Shown here one piece after another: positions 38,578-50,508 of a stretch of 64,000 nucleotides of DNA; position 1 is the first letter of the stretch; each line of letters opens with the position of its first letter. The stretch is from Paraspadella gotoi (lineage: Eukaryota > Animalia > Chaetognatha): positions 15,320,770 through 15,384,769 of the forward strand of contig CM119271.1 in the NCBI GenBank assembly GCA_051294375.1. The letters are read 5' to 3'. Position numbers and translations under genes: made by a program. The notes beneath the pieces are model-generated. The model searched no databases. It was not told where the DNA came from and worked only from the letters and a program-made list of their open reading frames with translations.

Positions 38578-41130
38578 CTCTCACACTGCTCTCTCTCTCT
38601 CTCTCTCTTCTCCTCTCATCTCTCTCTCTCTCTCCTCTCTCCTCTTCTCGCTCTCTCTTCTCTTCTCTCTTTCTCTTCGCCTTTACCCTCGGAGGAGGAG
38701 GAGGAGGAGGAGGACGAGGAGGAGGAGGAGGAAAGAAAAAGGGAATAGAGAAGATAAAGATAAAGGGAAAGGAAGATTGGATTTTGATTTCATAGAAAAA
38801 AAGAAAGAAATAAAAATACCTACAAAATAAACAAAAAACATAAACAACATACGTGCGAATAATTATAAATACTATAAAATATATATCCATTGTTCGTACT
38901 CCGATAAAAGGTTGATTCACTTATATTTTTATTATTTGAACTGTAGTTTCGGCGGCTCCGGTAAGAAAATACTGAAAGTTTCAACTTTAATACTTATAAT
39001 CGAATTTTGATTATTTAAAAATACTCTCGTAACTTCAAAGTTTTAAAATGTAAATTCCTTCAATGGATTATTTCTTTTGTTATCGAAGAAGAAGATTTTC
39101 GTTTTAAAGAAAAAGAAATTTAGGAAAAAGAAAAGTTTTTGAGAATTACGTCAAAAAGGAGAAAAAAAGGAGAGAGAGAGAGAGAGAGAGAGAGNNNNNN
39201 NNNNNNNNNNNNNNNNNNNNNNNNNNNNNNNNNNNNNNNNNNNNNNNNNNNNNNNNNNNNNNNNNNNNNNNNNNNNNNNNNNNNNNNNNNNNNNNNNNNN
39301 NNNNNNNNNNNNNNNNNNNCTCTCTCTCTCTCTCTCTCTCTCCCGCGCGCTAGAAACGAGATAGAGAGAGAAAGAGAGAGATTCAATTTCTTTAGTCTCT
39401 CGGATCTCATAGATATTTTTCGATCTTCTTTCTATTTGTTTTTGCATCAACAACTGATCCTTCATGATCTAGAAAACAAACATCGTTTCCTTTCTCTTTT
39501 ACAATTCGACGGAATATATTNNNNNNNNNNNNNNNNNNNNNNNNNNNNNNNNNNNNNNNNNNNNNNNNNNNNNNNNNNNNNNNNNNNNNNNNNNNNNNNN
39601 NNNNNNNNNNNNNNNNNNNNNNNNNNNNNNNNNNNNNCTTTCTTTTTTTATTTTTATCTGATTGTGTCATTTGAAATGCGAGGTTTTCTCCTTTTGTGTT
39701 CGCATCAATGCTCGCATTTGATGGCATCTCTGATCGCATTTGATGAGATCAACGATCGTAATCGATATTTATCTTTTACTTTCGATGCGTGGACGCATCT
39801 CGGTCGGTGGCTGGTGTATCTATTATCTTTAATATCGTTACTTTTTGGGGTTTGTACGCTTATCAGAAATCGAAAAAGTTTAAGATCATGAAATAAAATT
39901 GATACAACCATTGTAAAAATAAGCCACTCACTAAATAAATAATTTATCTTGCTTGATTTTGGGCAGGCTACAGTNNNNNNNNNNNNNNNNNNNNNNNNNN
40001 NNNNNNNNNNNNNNNNNNNNNNNNNNNNNNNNNNNNNNNNNNNNNNNNNNNNNNNNNNNNNNNNNNNNNNNNNNNNNNNNNNNNNNNNNNNNNNNNNNNN
40101 NNNNNNNNNNNNNNNNNNNNNNNNNNNNNNNNNNNNNNNNNNNNNNNNNNNNNNNNNNNNNNNNNNNNNNNNNNNNNNNNNNNNNNNNNNNNNNNNNNNN
40201 NNNNNNNNNNNNNNNNNNNNNNNNNNNNNNNNNNNNNNNNNNNNNNNNNNNNNNNNNNNNNNNNNNNNNNNNNNNNNNNNNNNNNNNNNNNNNNNNNNNN
40301 NNNNNNNNNNNNNNNNNNNNNNNNNNNNNNNNNNNNNNNNNNNNNNNNNNNNNNNNNNNNNNNNNNNNNNNNNNNNNNNNNNNNNNNNNNNNNNNNNNNN
40401 NNNNNNNNNNNNNNNNNNNNNNNNNNNNNNNNNNNNNNNNNNNNNNNNNNNNNNNNNNNNNNNNNNNNNNNNNNNNNNNNNNNNNNNNNNNNNNNNNNNN
40501 NNNNNNNNNNNNNNNNNNNNNNNNNNNNNNNNNNNNNNNNNNNNNNNNNNNNNNNNNNNNNNNNNNNNNNNNNNNNNNNNNNNNNNNNNNNNNNNNNNNN
40601 NNNNNNNNNNNNNNNNNNNNNNNNNNNNNNNNNNNNNNNNNNNNNNNNNNNNNNNNNNNNNNNNNNNNNNNNNNNNNNNNNNNNNNNNNNNNNNNNNNNN
40701 NNNNNNNNNNNNNNNNNNNNNNNNNNNNNNNNNNNNNNNNNNNNNNNNNNNNNNNNNNNNNNNNNNNNNNNNNNNNNNNNNNNNNNNNNNNNNNNNNNNN
40801 NNNNNNNNNNNNNNNNNNNNNNNNNNNNNNNNNNNNNNNNNNNNNNNNNNNNNNNNNNNNNNNNNNNNNNNNNNNNNNNNNNNNNNNNNNNNNNNNNNNN
40901 NNNNNNNNNNNNNNNNNNNNNNNNNNNNNNNNNNNNNNNNNNNNNNNNNNAAGAACTTTTTAAAGAATCAATTTAAAAAGACAATTTAAATACTTTTTAA
41001 TCCAAAAAACACTTATTCAAAAGTGGTGATAATTTATATGTAGCTGTAAATTGTTTTTAATAACAAGACTAAAGCCCATAGATTTTTAAATATGTTATAA
41101 TTCGGCTGCAAAAGGTCGGTGGTGCCTTTT

Positions 41131-41177
<47 letters not shown>

Positions 41178-41593
41178 CGCGACTCAATTTTTGCTCAATT
41201 GTTTTGGTTTGTGATTTTCTGTTCCGCGCCGGTGAAGCGTGAACCTCAACAAAGAGAGAGANNNNNNNNNNNNNNNNNNNNNNNNNNNNNNNNNNNNNNN
41301 NNNNNNNNNNNNNNNNNNNNNNNNNNNNNNNNNNNNNNNNNNNNNNNNNNNNNNNNNNNNNNNNNNNNNNNNNNNNNNNNNNNNNNNNNNNNNNNNNNNN
41401 NNNNNNNNNNNNNNNNNNNNNNNNNNNNNNNNNNNNNNNNNNNNNNNNNNNNNNNNNNNNNNNNNNNNNNNNNNNNNNNNNNNNNNNNGAGAGAGAGAGA
41501 ATCGCCAAGTTTTCACGTTCGAACGATTTTCCTCACTTTCCTTCAATAATGCTGACGACGACGTGGCAAACCGTGACAACAGGAGATCAGGGA

Positions 41594-41663
41594 GCGTGAC
41601 AAAAGGAAATGAAAGCCTGACAAAAGGAAATGAAAGCGTGACAAGAAGAAATGAAAGCGTGAC
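41594..41663. repeat. 21-bp tandem repeat x3.3 (GCGTGACAAAAGGAAATGAAA)
   Basis: Directly visible units. Confidence 0.85.
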
Positions 41664-42372
41664 AGGAGGGGGGGAGAAATGTGGTTTTGGGGAAAAAAAA
41701 AGAAGCTGAGGTTCGGAAAGCGGAATTGATGAAAATGTTACGTTGATAGAATATGATGTTACAGAGCGTGGCATTTATGTTACGCTGCGTTGCAATTTCG
41801 CAATGATCGTATCTTAACATTGCCGCGATGAAGTACAGAAATTGTCTGAATTGATAAAATAGATAAATTAGATATTAATAGATTAATAGATATATAGGTA
41901 AATTAATTACTTAACAGGACATGGACAATAAGACATAGGGCAAATCATTACATAAAATTTCACTGTGCCGCGAACCGAATCCACTGTGCGGCGCGATTCG
42001 CATGTTTTCCTTTTTTCCAGAAATTCAGGAAAAAGCAATTTTGAAAAAAGAAAAAAAAGCAACCGAAAGAAAAGCAGCTTCGAAGCAAAAAAAAAAGCAA
42101 TTTGGCTTCGGAGTCGGAATCTTCGCGCCAAGAGGTAAATCCCCGCNNNNNNNNNNNNNNNNNNNNNNNNNNNNNNNNNNNNNNNNNNNNNNNNNNNNNN
42201 NNNNNNNNNNNNNNNNNNNNNNNNNNNNNNNNNNNNNNNNNNNNNNNNNNNNNNNNNNNNNNNNNNNNNNNNNNNNNNNNNNNNNNNNNNNNNNNNNNNN
42301 NNNNNNNNNNNNNNNNNNNNNNNNNNNNNNNNNNNNNNNNNNNNNNNNNNNNNNNNNNNNNNNNNNNNNNNN

Positions 42373-43466
42373 TCTATTCCTCTGTCTCTCTCTCTTTCTA
42401 TCTATCTTTCTGCCTTTCTCTCCTCTCAACTTCTCTCTCTCTCATCCATGACTCTATCTTTTCTACCTTTCTTTTTCTCTTCTCTACCTTTCTCTTTTTT
42501 TTCTTCTCCTCTCTCTATATAAACCTCTCTCTCTCTTTTCTAATTCTCTATTTTCTTTCTTTTTCTACTTCTTTTTATCTCTCTTTCTCTCTCTTATTTC
42601 TCCCTCTTAATTTACTTTTCTTTTTCTATTTTTTTCCCTAAAACTTTAAAAAATTCAACTTTTCCATCTTACGCCCCCCTAGCTTCCCCCCGTCCTCCGT
42701 TCGAGGGTCCCGAACCACAAGTTTTCCGAACATCTCCCCGCAATTATTTTTTTTTTCTTCTCTCTCTCTCTCCACTCCTCTCTCTTCTTCCTAGGAATCC
42801 CACTACTCGCACAGTTGGTGCTTCTCTCTCTCTCTCTCCTCTCTCCTTCTCTCTCGTCTCTCCTCTCGTCTCTCTCTCTCTCTCTCTCTCTCTCTGCTTC
42901 TCTCTCTCTCGCTATCGATTTCCTTTAAAATCCTTTAAAGATGGTGGAAAGTCCTTCGCTGACGGCGGCGGAGCAGTTCGACGAGGCTCTAATCGAGCTC
43001 ATGGCTAGAAGGGCTCTCGCGCGCTCGGACGGAGGGAGGCGAGAGAGTTTGCCGGAGAGTGTTATTGCCTCAGATGTGTTAGTTCGGCCCAAAGGTGCTG
43101 TGCCGCACGGGCGGCGTAGATGGTTGGATTTGCCAATAAAGTTTTCTCAATAAGAGCGTTTGTCGTGAATGAACCCCATAGTGGAGACAAGTTTGCGGGA
43201 AATTGGCGAAGAATAATACGGTTAAGCTGAGCACAATAAGGGTATAATGTAAGAGACAATGTTATTAAACTTCGGAATGGTTGTGCGGAAAGAGTTGACC
43301 GTTGTGCTAAGATCTGGGAGGCGCACAAAGTATGAAAAAAGAGTGCGCATCAATTCAGGAAGTAAACCTTTTGGAAAACTCACCAGAGAGAGAGCGAATC
43401 CGGCGCCGCAGAACCGGAGAAATCTGACCGGCACAGAATAGATGTTAAAAGCAATCATCAGGTTAC

Positions 43467-43502
<36 letters not shown>

Positions 43503-43619
43503 AGAAGAGAGAGCAGAGAGAAGTAGTCTAACTGATTGAGATCAACTTCTATAATCTCCAAGGCAATCTTCTACATCCCTCGGGCTTCTACGAGTGGGAA
43601 GAAGAGAGAGAGAGACGAA

Positions 43620-43654
<35 letters not shown>

Positions 43655-44973
43655 AGAGAAGAGAGAGAGAGAGAGGAGAAGAGAGCGAGAGAGAGAAGGA
43701 GATGAGAATATTCACAAATCAGCCAATGAGTTACATTCACTGAGAATTCTCACACCAATGAAAATCTCCTTTTTTACGTCCCCAGGTGTTCGAAGACAAG
43801 ACGGGGAGCGCTCTAATATCTGAACTTCAGCGTCTTAAACAACTTAACAGCGATCTAGAATCGATGTTAAATCGTAATCTTAAATGCGATGAAAGGCAGT
43901 TACTTAACAAGCTGAACAGGCTTTCAACGGAGTCGGCGCAGCGGGGAATCCCTGGGCGTTAGATCCGGTGCTTCCGTATCCGTCGTGCTCGCTCTGGGGC
44001 GGTCGGTATTCGACGAAACTCCGCCGCGCGTGGGATCTTCGCTCGATTTAATGGCCTTAAAAGATAGATTCGAGGTTTAAGACTGGAGAGGTCTGTCGCG
44101 TAAGCAAGATATGAATGTCCCCGATTTAAAGCTATCTTTGTTTTCGGCCATCGTAAACGCTGATGTGAACAAAAGGAAGAAGAAATTGAATATTGCGCAT
44201 CTTGAAGTGGCAGATGCTGGTGGCCCTAAAAATGACTCTAGGATATTTGGAGATATATTACGGAAATGTAGTAGAAAGACAATCAAGTCATAATAAGGAC
44301 CAAGAATTAAGATATAATTTAAATGGTTATACTACGAACCTTTACACAAGACCACATGATTTAATTAATGAATAGTAACAGAGAAGAACATTTTTATTAG
44401 AGTAACCATAAAAAAAGTACAAAACAAAATCGAAAACTTGTCAACAGAGTAAATATATCAGAGTATAAGAATAAATGTTTTTGCTTAAATGTAAAAATTT
44501 AATGGTTAACAATATGATGCTTTTTTCGAGTAGAAGGACAGAAATTTGTCCTAAGCATCTCATCTCTCTACTCTCTCTCTCCTCTCATCTTTCTCTTTTT
44601 TTTTCTTCCCTTGTTTCCTTTTTTCCTACTAGCACTAGAATGATGCCTATATTTTTCTCTCTATTTCTGTCAAGGAATCGAGCCATAACTTATTCTATTT
44701 TGTTTATGGTTTCCTTCCTCCCTTCCTCCTCCTCCTCCTCCTCTTCCTCGTCTCGTCGGCCATTTTTTCTTCAATTTCATTCTTCCATATTTCTTCGCCG
44801 GCGCCGCTTTTCAAATGCTGTTTCTTTCTTTTTTCTTTTTCTTTTCCTTTTTTTTTTCTTTTTAATTTCTTTTCCTTTTTTAATTTTCTTCTTTTTTGTG
44901 TCCTCTTTCCGTTCTTTTTCCCCACACTCTCTTCCCTATGCTTTTTCTAATCTCTCTCTCTCTCTCGTCTCTG

Positions 44974-45006
<33 letters not shown>

Positions 45007-45890
45007 CTCCTCTCTCCTCCTGCTCGTCTCTCTCTCTTTCTGTCTCTCTCTCCCTTTCCTTCGGTTTTTTTTCCTTCTCCATATTTATCTCCCCTTCAAT
45101 TTCTCTCGGAACATATTTCTTTCGTCTCCCCGCTAGCCCTCTCCCTCTTCCACTCTCTTTCAACCCTCTCTGCTCTCACCTCCCCCTCTCCCCTCTCCGC
45201 CGTCTCTCTGCTCCCCTCCCCTTTCTCCATCTCCCTCGCCTCTGTTTGTTTACTGTTTACGCGGTCGGCAAACTTTGTCTTCCCAAACAATTGAAAACTG
45301 CGCGATTGTCCATTTTGACGCAAAAGTCCTTTTTAGATTTGGGCCCTGCCTCCGCCTCGTCGTCGTCCGTCGTCGTCGTCGTCGTCGTCGTCGTCTCGTC
45401 GTCGTCTGTGGCTCTCAATGCAACGACGCATTCCTTTGGGGAAAACGATTTTTTTGTAAACTGAAAAAAAAAAAGGATAGAAAGAGAGGAGGAATGATAG
45501 AAAGAAAAGGAAAAGGGAGGAAAGCAAGAGAATAAGAAAGACAGAAAGAAGAAAAAGGAAAAAAAGAAAAAAGAAGAGAAGCGAGAAAAGAACAGGAGGA
45601 AAATAAAGGAGGAAAGAAAGAAAGAAGAAAGAAAGAAAAGAAAGAAAGAAAGAAAAAACACTGAAAAGAGAAATAAAAAAAGGGAGAGTCAAATCAGTAA
45701 ATCCGCAAGTTATGCTTCCATTTTGGTTTTAAACTCACCCATTTCTAAAACATCCAAATTTTCCGTCGTCTAAACCTCTCCTTCACTACCACCTGATTTC
45801 TCTTTCCTTGCCTCTTAGAACCCTCGCGCTTCTTAACTCCCTTTCCTGCTTCACTTTCCAATTAACTTATCTCTCTGACTCGCCCAGACA
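42373..45890 (+). repeat. ~3.5 kb duplicated unit, copy 1
   Basis: Collinear with ~60580-64000, differing mostly by indels; pieces also at 56082-60470. Confidence 0.92.
42941..44310 (+). CDS. 3' exons of an unidentified protein-coding gene within the duplicated unit
   Basis: Three exon-like blocks (~42941-43221, ~43270-43461, 43786-44310) with AG/GT borders in several copies. Cross-copy consensus gives DVEVLRDGGGAVDEALIELMAKGLSALGREG... and ...RRYECPDLKSLFSA.NADVKKGEEIEIAHL..DLSGLKISRILEISECG...; family not recognised. Confidence 0.5.
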
Positions 45891-46093
45891 GTGTCTCGAA
45901 CGCTTCAGCCTTCTCTTTCGGAAATACGGTGCAAAGCTTAGAACCAATCATTGGTCTGTTACTGTTTCTTTCTTTCTCTGTCTTGTGTCTTTTCACTTTA
46001 ATAGTTAGATGATGAAATATTCTCATTCCGTCTTTTCATATAACGTTCTCTCCTGATATTCTTCTCCTGCGCCTTATATTCATTTTTTAACTT

Positions 46094-46125
<32 letters not shown>

Positions 46126-46304
46126 TCTCTCTTTCGCTTTCCCTCTCTCCATCTCCCTACCTCTCTTTTTGGTCTTTCTTTCTCTCTCTCCCTCTTCTCT
46201 TTCCGCTCCCTTTAACCTCTCTTTCTCTCACCTTTTCCGAAGGATGTCAAGAAAACTCTCAATCTTGGAAATTCTGCCGGTTCCATCCATCTCCTTCACT
46301 CTCA

Positions 46305-46337
<33 letters not shown>

Positions 46338-47116
46338 AGAAGACTCTCATCTCTCTGCTCTCTCTCTACCTCTCTTATTTCATTTTCTTTCTTTCACTAT
46401 TTTTTTTCTCCTTTTTTTTCGCTGTAAAATAGGTCCCTAAAAATGAGAGAGATAATATTTGAATTGATCCGCCGGACAAGAAAGGATCCTATAATGAGAA
46501 GATGAGGAGTAGAGTTTCTAGGACGAAGCACAATGTGAGAAAAAAGACGGCTGTCGAAGAATGCGAAACAAGAGTATGCTTTTAGAACGAGGAGATAACT
46601 GCAATGAGATCTGCTGCGGTAATGGGTAAAAAGAAGGGCTGTCACTTGTGAGCTTTGGCAGTGTATACGTGCCGAGTTATTTTTAAGGACTATGGGATCC
46701 TTCAAGGCTGGTTTCAAGAAGGACAAGCCGAGGAATATAAAAGTTAGATAGCGCCTCTTATCGGAATAGAGAACAAATGAGATGGAGCCAATTGGGACAA
46801 ACTAAGGGAAATAGCAGAAGAGAAGCTATGGAAGGCTGATGGAAATGGGCTCTAGTCTGAGAAACGAAGTTGGGAAGAAGGACAGGGACGACAGAAAGAT
46901 AGCTAGATGGGATAGGAAAAACTAACCAGAAAAAAAACAGAAAATATTGTAAGTATTAAATCATATTAATTAGGAATCGAAATGTAGAACATTCGAACAA
47001 TAACATTTTATATACGAATGATATAAGGAATTATTAAAAGTGACGAAGGATAATAAAAATAGTGTTCATGAGCGATAAGTTCGAGGTGAGGGGAAGGGAG
47101 AGAGAGGAGAGAGATA

Positions 47117-47169
<53 letters not shown>

Positions 47170-47529
47170 AGGAGAGAGAGAGAGAGAAGAACGAGTTATA
47201 AGGAGGAGAAAGGGAATCATTGAAATTTTTCTATTTGCATTTCGATCATTCGTGGAGAAGTTAATTCATTATAAGAATGTGAAGAAATTATGGCATTACA
47301 CAGCAAGTCCATAGTTGTCGTCATGCGGTAGCAACAAAAACATATCAAGCAGTTGAAAAAGCGGTTGCCGTTGCAAGCAATAAAGCAAAACAAGTGCTTT
47401 ACGAGTTGAAATGTAGACAGTAATAAGTAATAGTAATAGTAATAGTAATAGTAATAGCCAAGTAATACGTTGAAAAAGCGAAAGTTTCTTTTTTTTTCGT
47501 TTTACAAAGTTGATGATTTTGATTCAAAA

Positions 47530-47774
47530 ATTATCGGTTTTTTTCGGAATTAGGACACCCAAGCATTGGATCAATGCCGTATTGAGGTATTGAGGCATGG
47601 GTGCATGGACAATTGGAACGATGGATATGGACATGGACAGGACATGGACGACTTGCACTCTCTTATGCGTTGGGAATTTGTTAGTTTGATTCTCGATAGG
47701 CAACAAAAGCGCGAGAAACATTTTTTTTTTTGAAAGAACAGAGCGAGTTGAGTGAGAGAAGAGTGAGAGAAGAG

Positions 47775-47809
<35 letters not shown>

Positions 47810-49006
47810 GAGGGAAGAGAGAGAGAGAGAGAGAGAAGGAGAGAGGGGGGACAAAGGAACGAAAGCAAAAAAGCAAATGAAAGACTTTCCTTTTCTCTTT
47901 TTCTTCTCTCTCTCTCTCTCGTCTCTTGCTACTCTCTCATCTTCTCTCTCGTCTCTCTGCTCTCACTCTCTCTTCTCTCTCCTCTCCGCTTCCCTCTCTC
48001 TCTGTCTCTCTCTCCGAGGCACCAAGGTTCATCGGAAGGAAAAAAGAATGTTATCGGACACCAAGAGTTTTGGTGAAACAAGGATCGTCCGTCGAGGCCC
48101 GTCGCCCTGCGGATGAGGGGAGGGAAAAAGACGGGAGGGGTAGAGGAGGTGGGAGAGAAAGGAGAGGGAGAGGAGAGAGAGAGAGAAGGAGAGGGTAGAG
48201 GAAGGCGTCTGTTAAGCGGAAAGGAGAAAGAGGGAAGGGAAGAGCACCAAAAAAATAAAAAAAGACAGAGGAGGATGAATGAGAAAGAAAGGAAGGGAGA
48301 GGGAGGAAGAGAAGGGACGGAAGTGGAAGGGCGGGAGGAAGAGAGGAGGAAGAGGGAGAAGAGGAAAAGGCTGGAGGGACGAGGGAGGGTTGTGGAAGAA
48401 GTAGGGAAGAAGATGTGGGAATGCGAAGAAAGTATAATTGAAAATTAATAAGAATTGGAATATTAATCACTAGATAAGCTAAAATTGACGCATATTATAT
48501 TACATATTATTCAAATTTTTTCATAAAAAAATTAATAAGAAATACAAAAAATTCAAAAATACAGAACGAGTTGTGGTGAGATGCTGCAACATGCAAATGA
48601 GATTAAAGAACTCAAAGCTCATTTGAAAGATTAGATAGATCACCCGTGCCGTAAGGTCGATGTGATAGGCCCTTGCCGCGAGGGCTGACGAGAAGCGTCA
48701 TCGGGGAAGAAGATCCGTTGTCATGGAGACAAAAAGACAGAGGGCATCCGAGTCGACCATCGCGGGTTGCTGGCGGCATCGGGAATACTGTTGCTGGGGT
48801 TAGGTGTATCGCCGCAGGAGGGTAAACGCTTTTCAGTCTCGGGTGATGAGCGAAATGAGGCAAGAATGCTTGTAACAAATCTTGTTTAATCTGATTTTTA
48901 TTTTTGAATTTTCTGTTGTCGTTGAGTGAGTTATGCAAAAAAAGGATAAGAAAAATACTGAGAAAGAGAGTAGGGCAGAGAGAGGAGTGACATTGGGAGA
49001 TCGAGG

Positions 49007-49075
<69 letters not shown>

Positions 49076-49150
49076 GTGTAATAGAAGGAAGGTGCGTGAC
49101 CTTCATTTCCGGGTGGATTGACGAGGTTTCGGGTCTCAAAATAGTGTAGT
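47530..49150 (-). CDS. Possible exons of an unidentified minus-strand gene (indel-noisy)
   Basis: GC-richer blocks with acceptors at ~49150 (SSFDYTILRPETSSIHPEMK), ~48868, ~48106 and ~47690 (..HAPMPQY.QYGIDPMLG..). Confidence 0.25.
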
Positions 49151-49289
49151 CGAAGGACGACTGCTTTTGTTAGAGAGAAGAGGAAAAAAATAATGAATGA
49201 CAAAGAAAAACGTTTTTAAAAAATTCATCAAAAATCTCTAGATGACTAACCGATCAGGAAAAATATATAAATTCTGTAATGAGAAAATT

Positions 49290-49575
49290 AACAAGGTTGA
49301 GCAAGGAATGTCGATCTGCCCAGATCATTATCAGTAATTAATAATTAATTTATTCAAGTTAATTCTTTAATTGATAGGCATTTGATCGAAATGTTGTTTT
49401 CGATTGATTAATATGACTGATTAAATTAATTATTGATTAATTAATGACTTAAGTGATTAATTAACTGATAATTATTTGATTAATAATCATCTTGCATTAC
49501 ATTTAAAGATAAAAAGAAAAAGAAGCGTAATCAGATTAGTGAGAGAAGGGTTCTTTGGTTTTTTTTCCATAGCAA
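49290..49575 (+). mobile_element. Fragment of the Helitron/Helentron-like repeat family
   Basis: 5' part matches 7906-7960; 3' part matches 10170-10320 and 36930-37050. Confidence 0.55.
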
Positions 49576-50508
49576 ATAATAGCATGATAGCAAATAATGC
49601 AATACTAGCATGAATTCATGTGATAAAACATCTCGTAAACCAAGCGATTTATCTTACATTCCACAAGTTTATAAAATGTTTTCTTACTGAAGATTTTGCC
49701 TCTACTAATGCTAAGCCGCATTGAGCCGCACTCGACCGGGTGAGTCAAAAATTTACAGTGAAACGAAAAATTATACATTTTATGTAATACTTTCAATGTG
49801 AAAAAAAAAATTCTCGATATGGCTTATACCCTAGTATATTAATTTTTAATATTTAATTTATAGATAAGAGAAGCCAAAAAATTTTTAAGAATTTTTAAAA
49901 TTTAAACCAGATTACCTCATAAAAAGTGAATAATATACTCTTTTTTTAAATATTTGTTATGATAAGCGAGTTAAAGTTAAAAAAAAAAAAACTCTAAAAA
50001 ATGTATATAGTATATAAATTTTAATTAGCATTTTTGAACAAAAAATAATTTTAATACCAATAATGCTATGCTCATGATACGATTATTTTAAAGCACTGCA
50101 TACATTAAAATTAAATTGTAATCGGCTATGGCTATTGAGCTAAACTCGAGTGGAAAAGAAAAATCGAAAAAAAAGTTAATTAATTGATTACTATCGTTCA
50201 ACGACCTTATTTCTTTCTGAAGTTCAATGAAAGCCACTCATTCCGAAGTCACTTCAATTCCCAGAGGTCGTTTCACATTTTATAATCATCCTGGTCATAA
50301 TCAAACTCTGATTTTTCCCCTTTCGCGAATTTGAAGAATGAAATATTTTTTTTTAAAATTTAATATTGATTTTTTTTTTATCTGTTCGAAGGCTTTCTTT
50401 AATTTTAATGTTATCATTAAACACAAATATATGTATAATATCTATATAAAATAATACTCCTTCTATATACCCAATACTTATTTTCTTGTTAGCATTTTTT
50501 AAAAAAAG

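Noticed and set aside
39949-40989. 346-aa ORF and other X-filled or LSLS/ERER ORFs in the track
   Set aside because: Artefacts of N gaps and (CT)n/(GA)n microsatellites.
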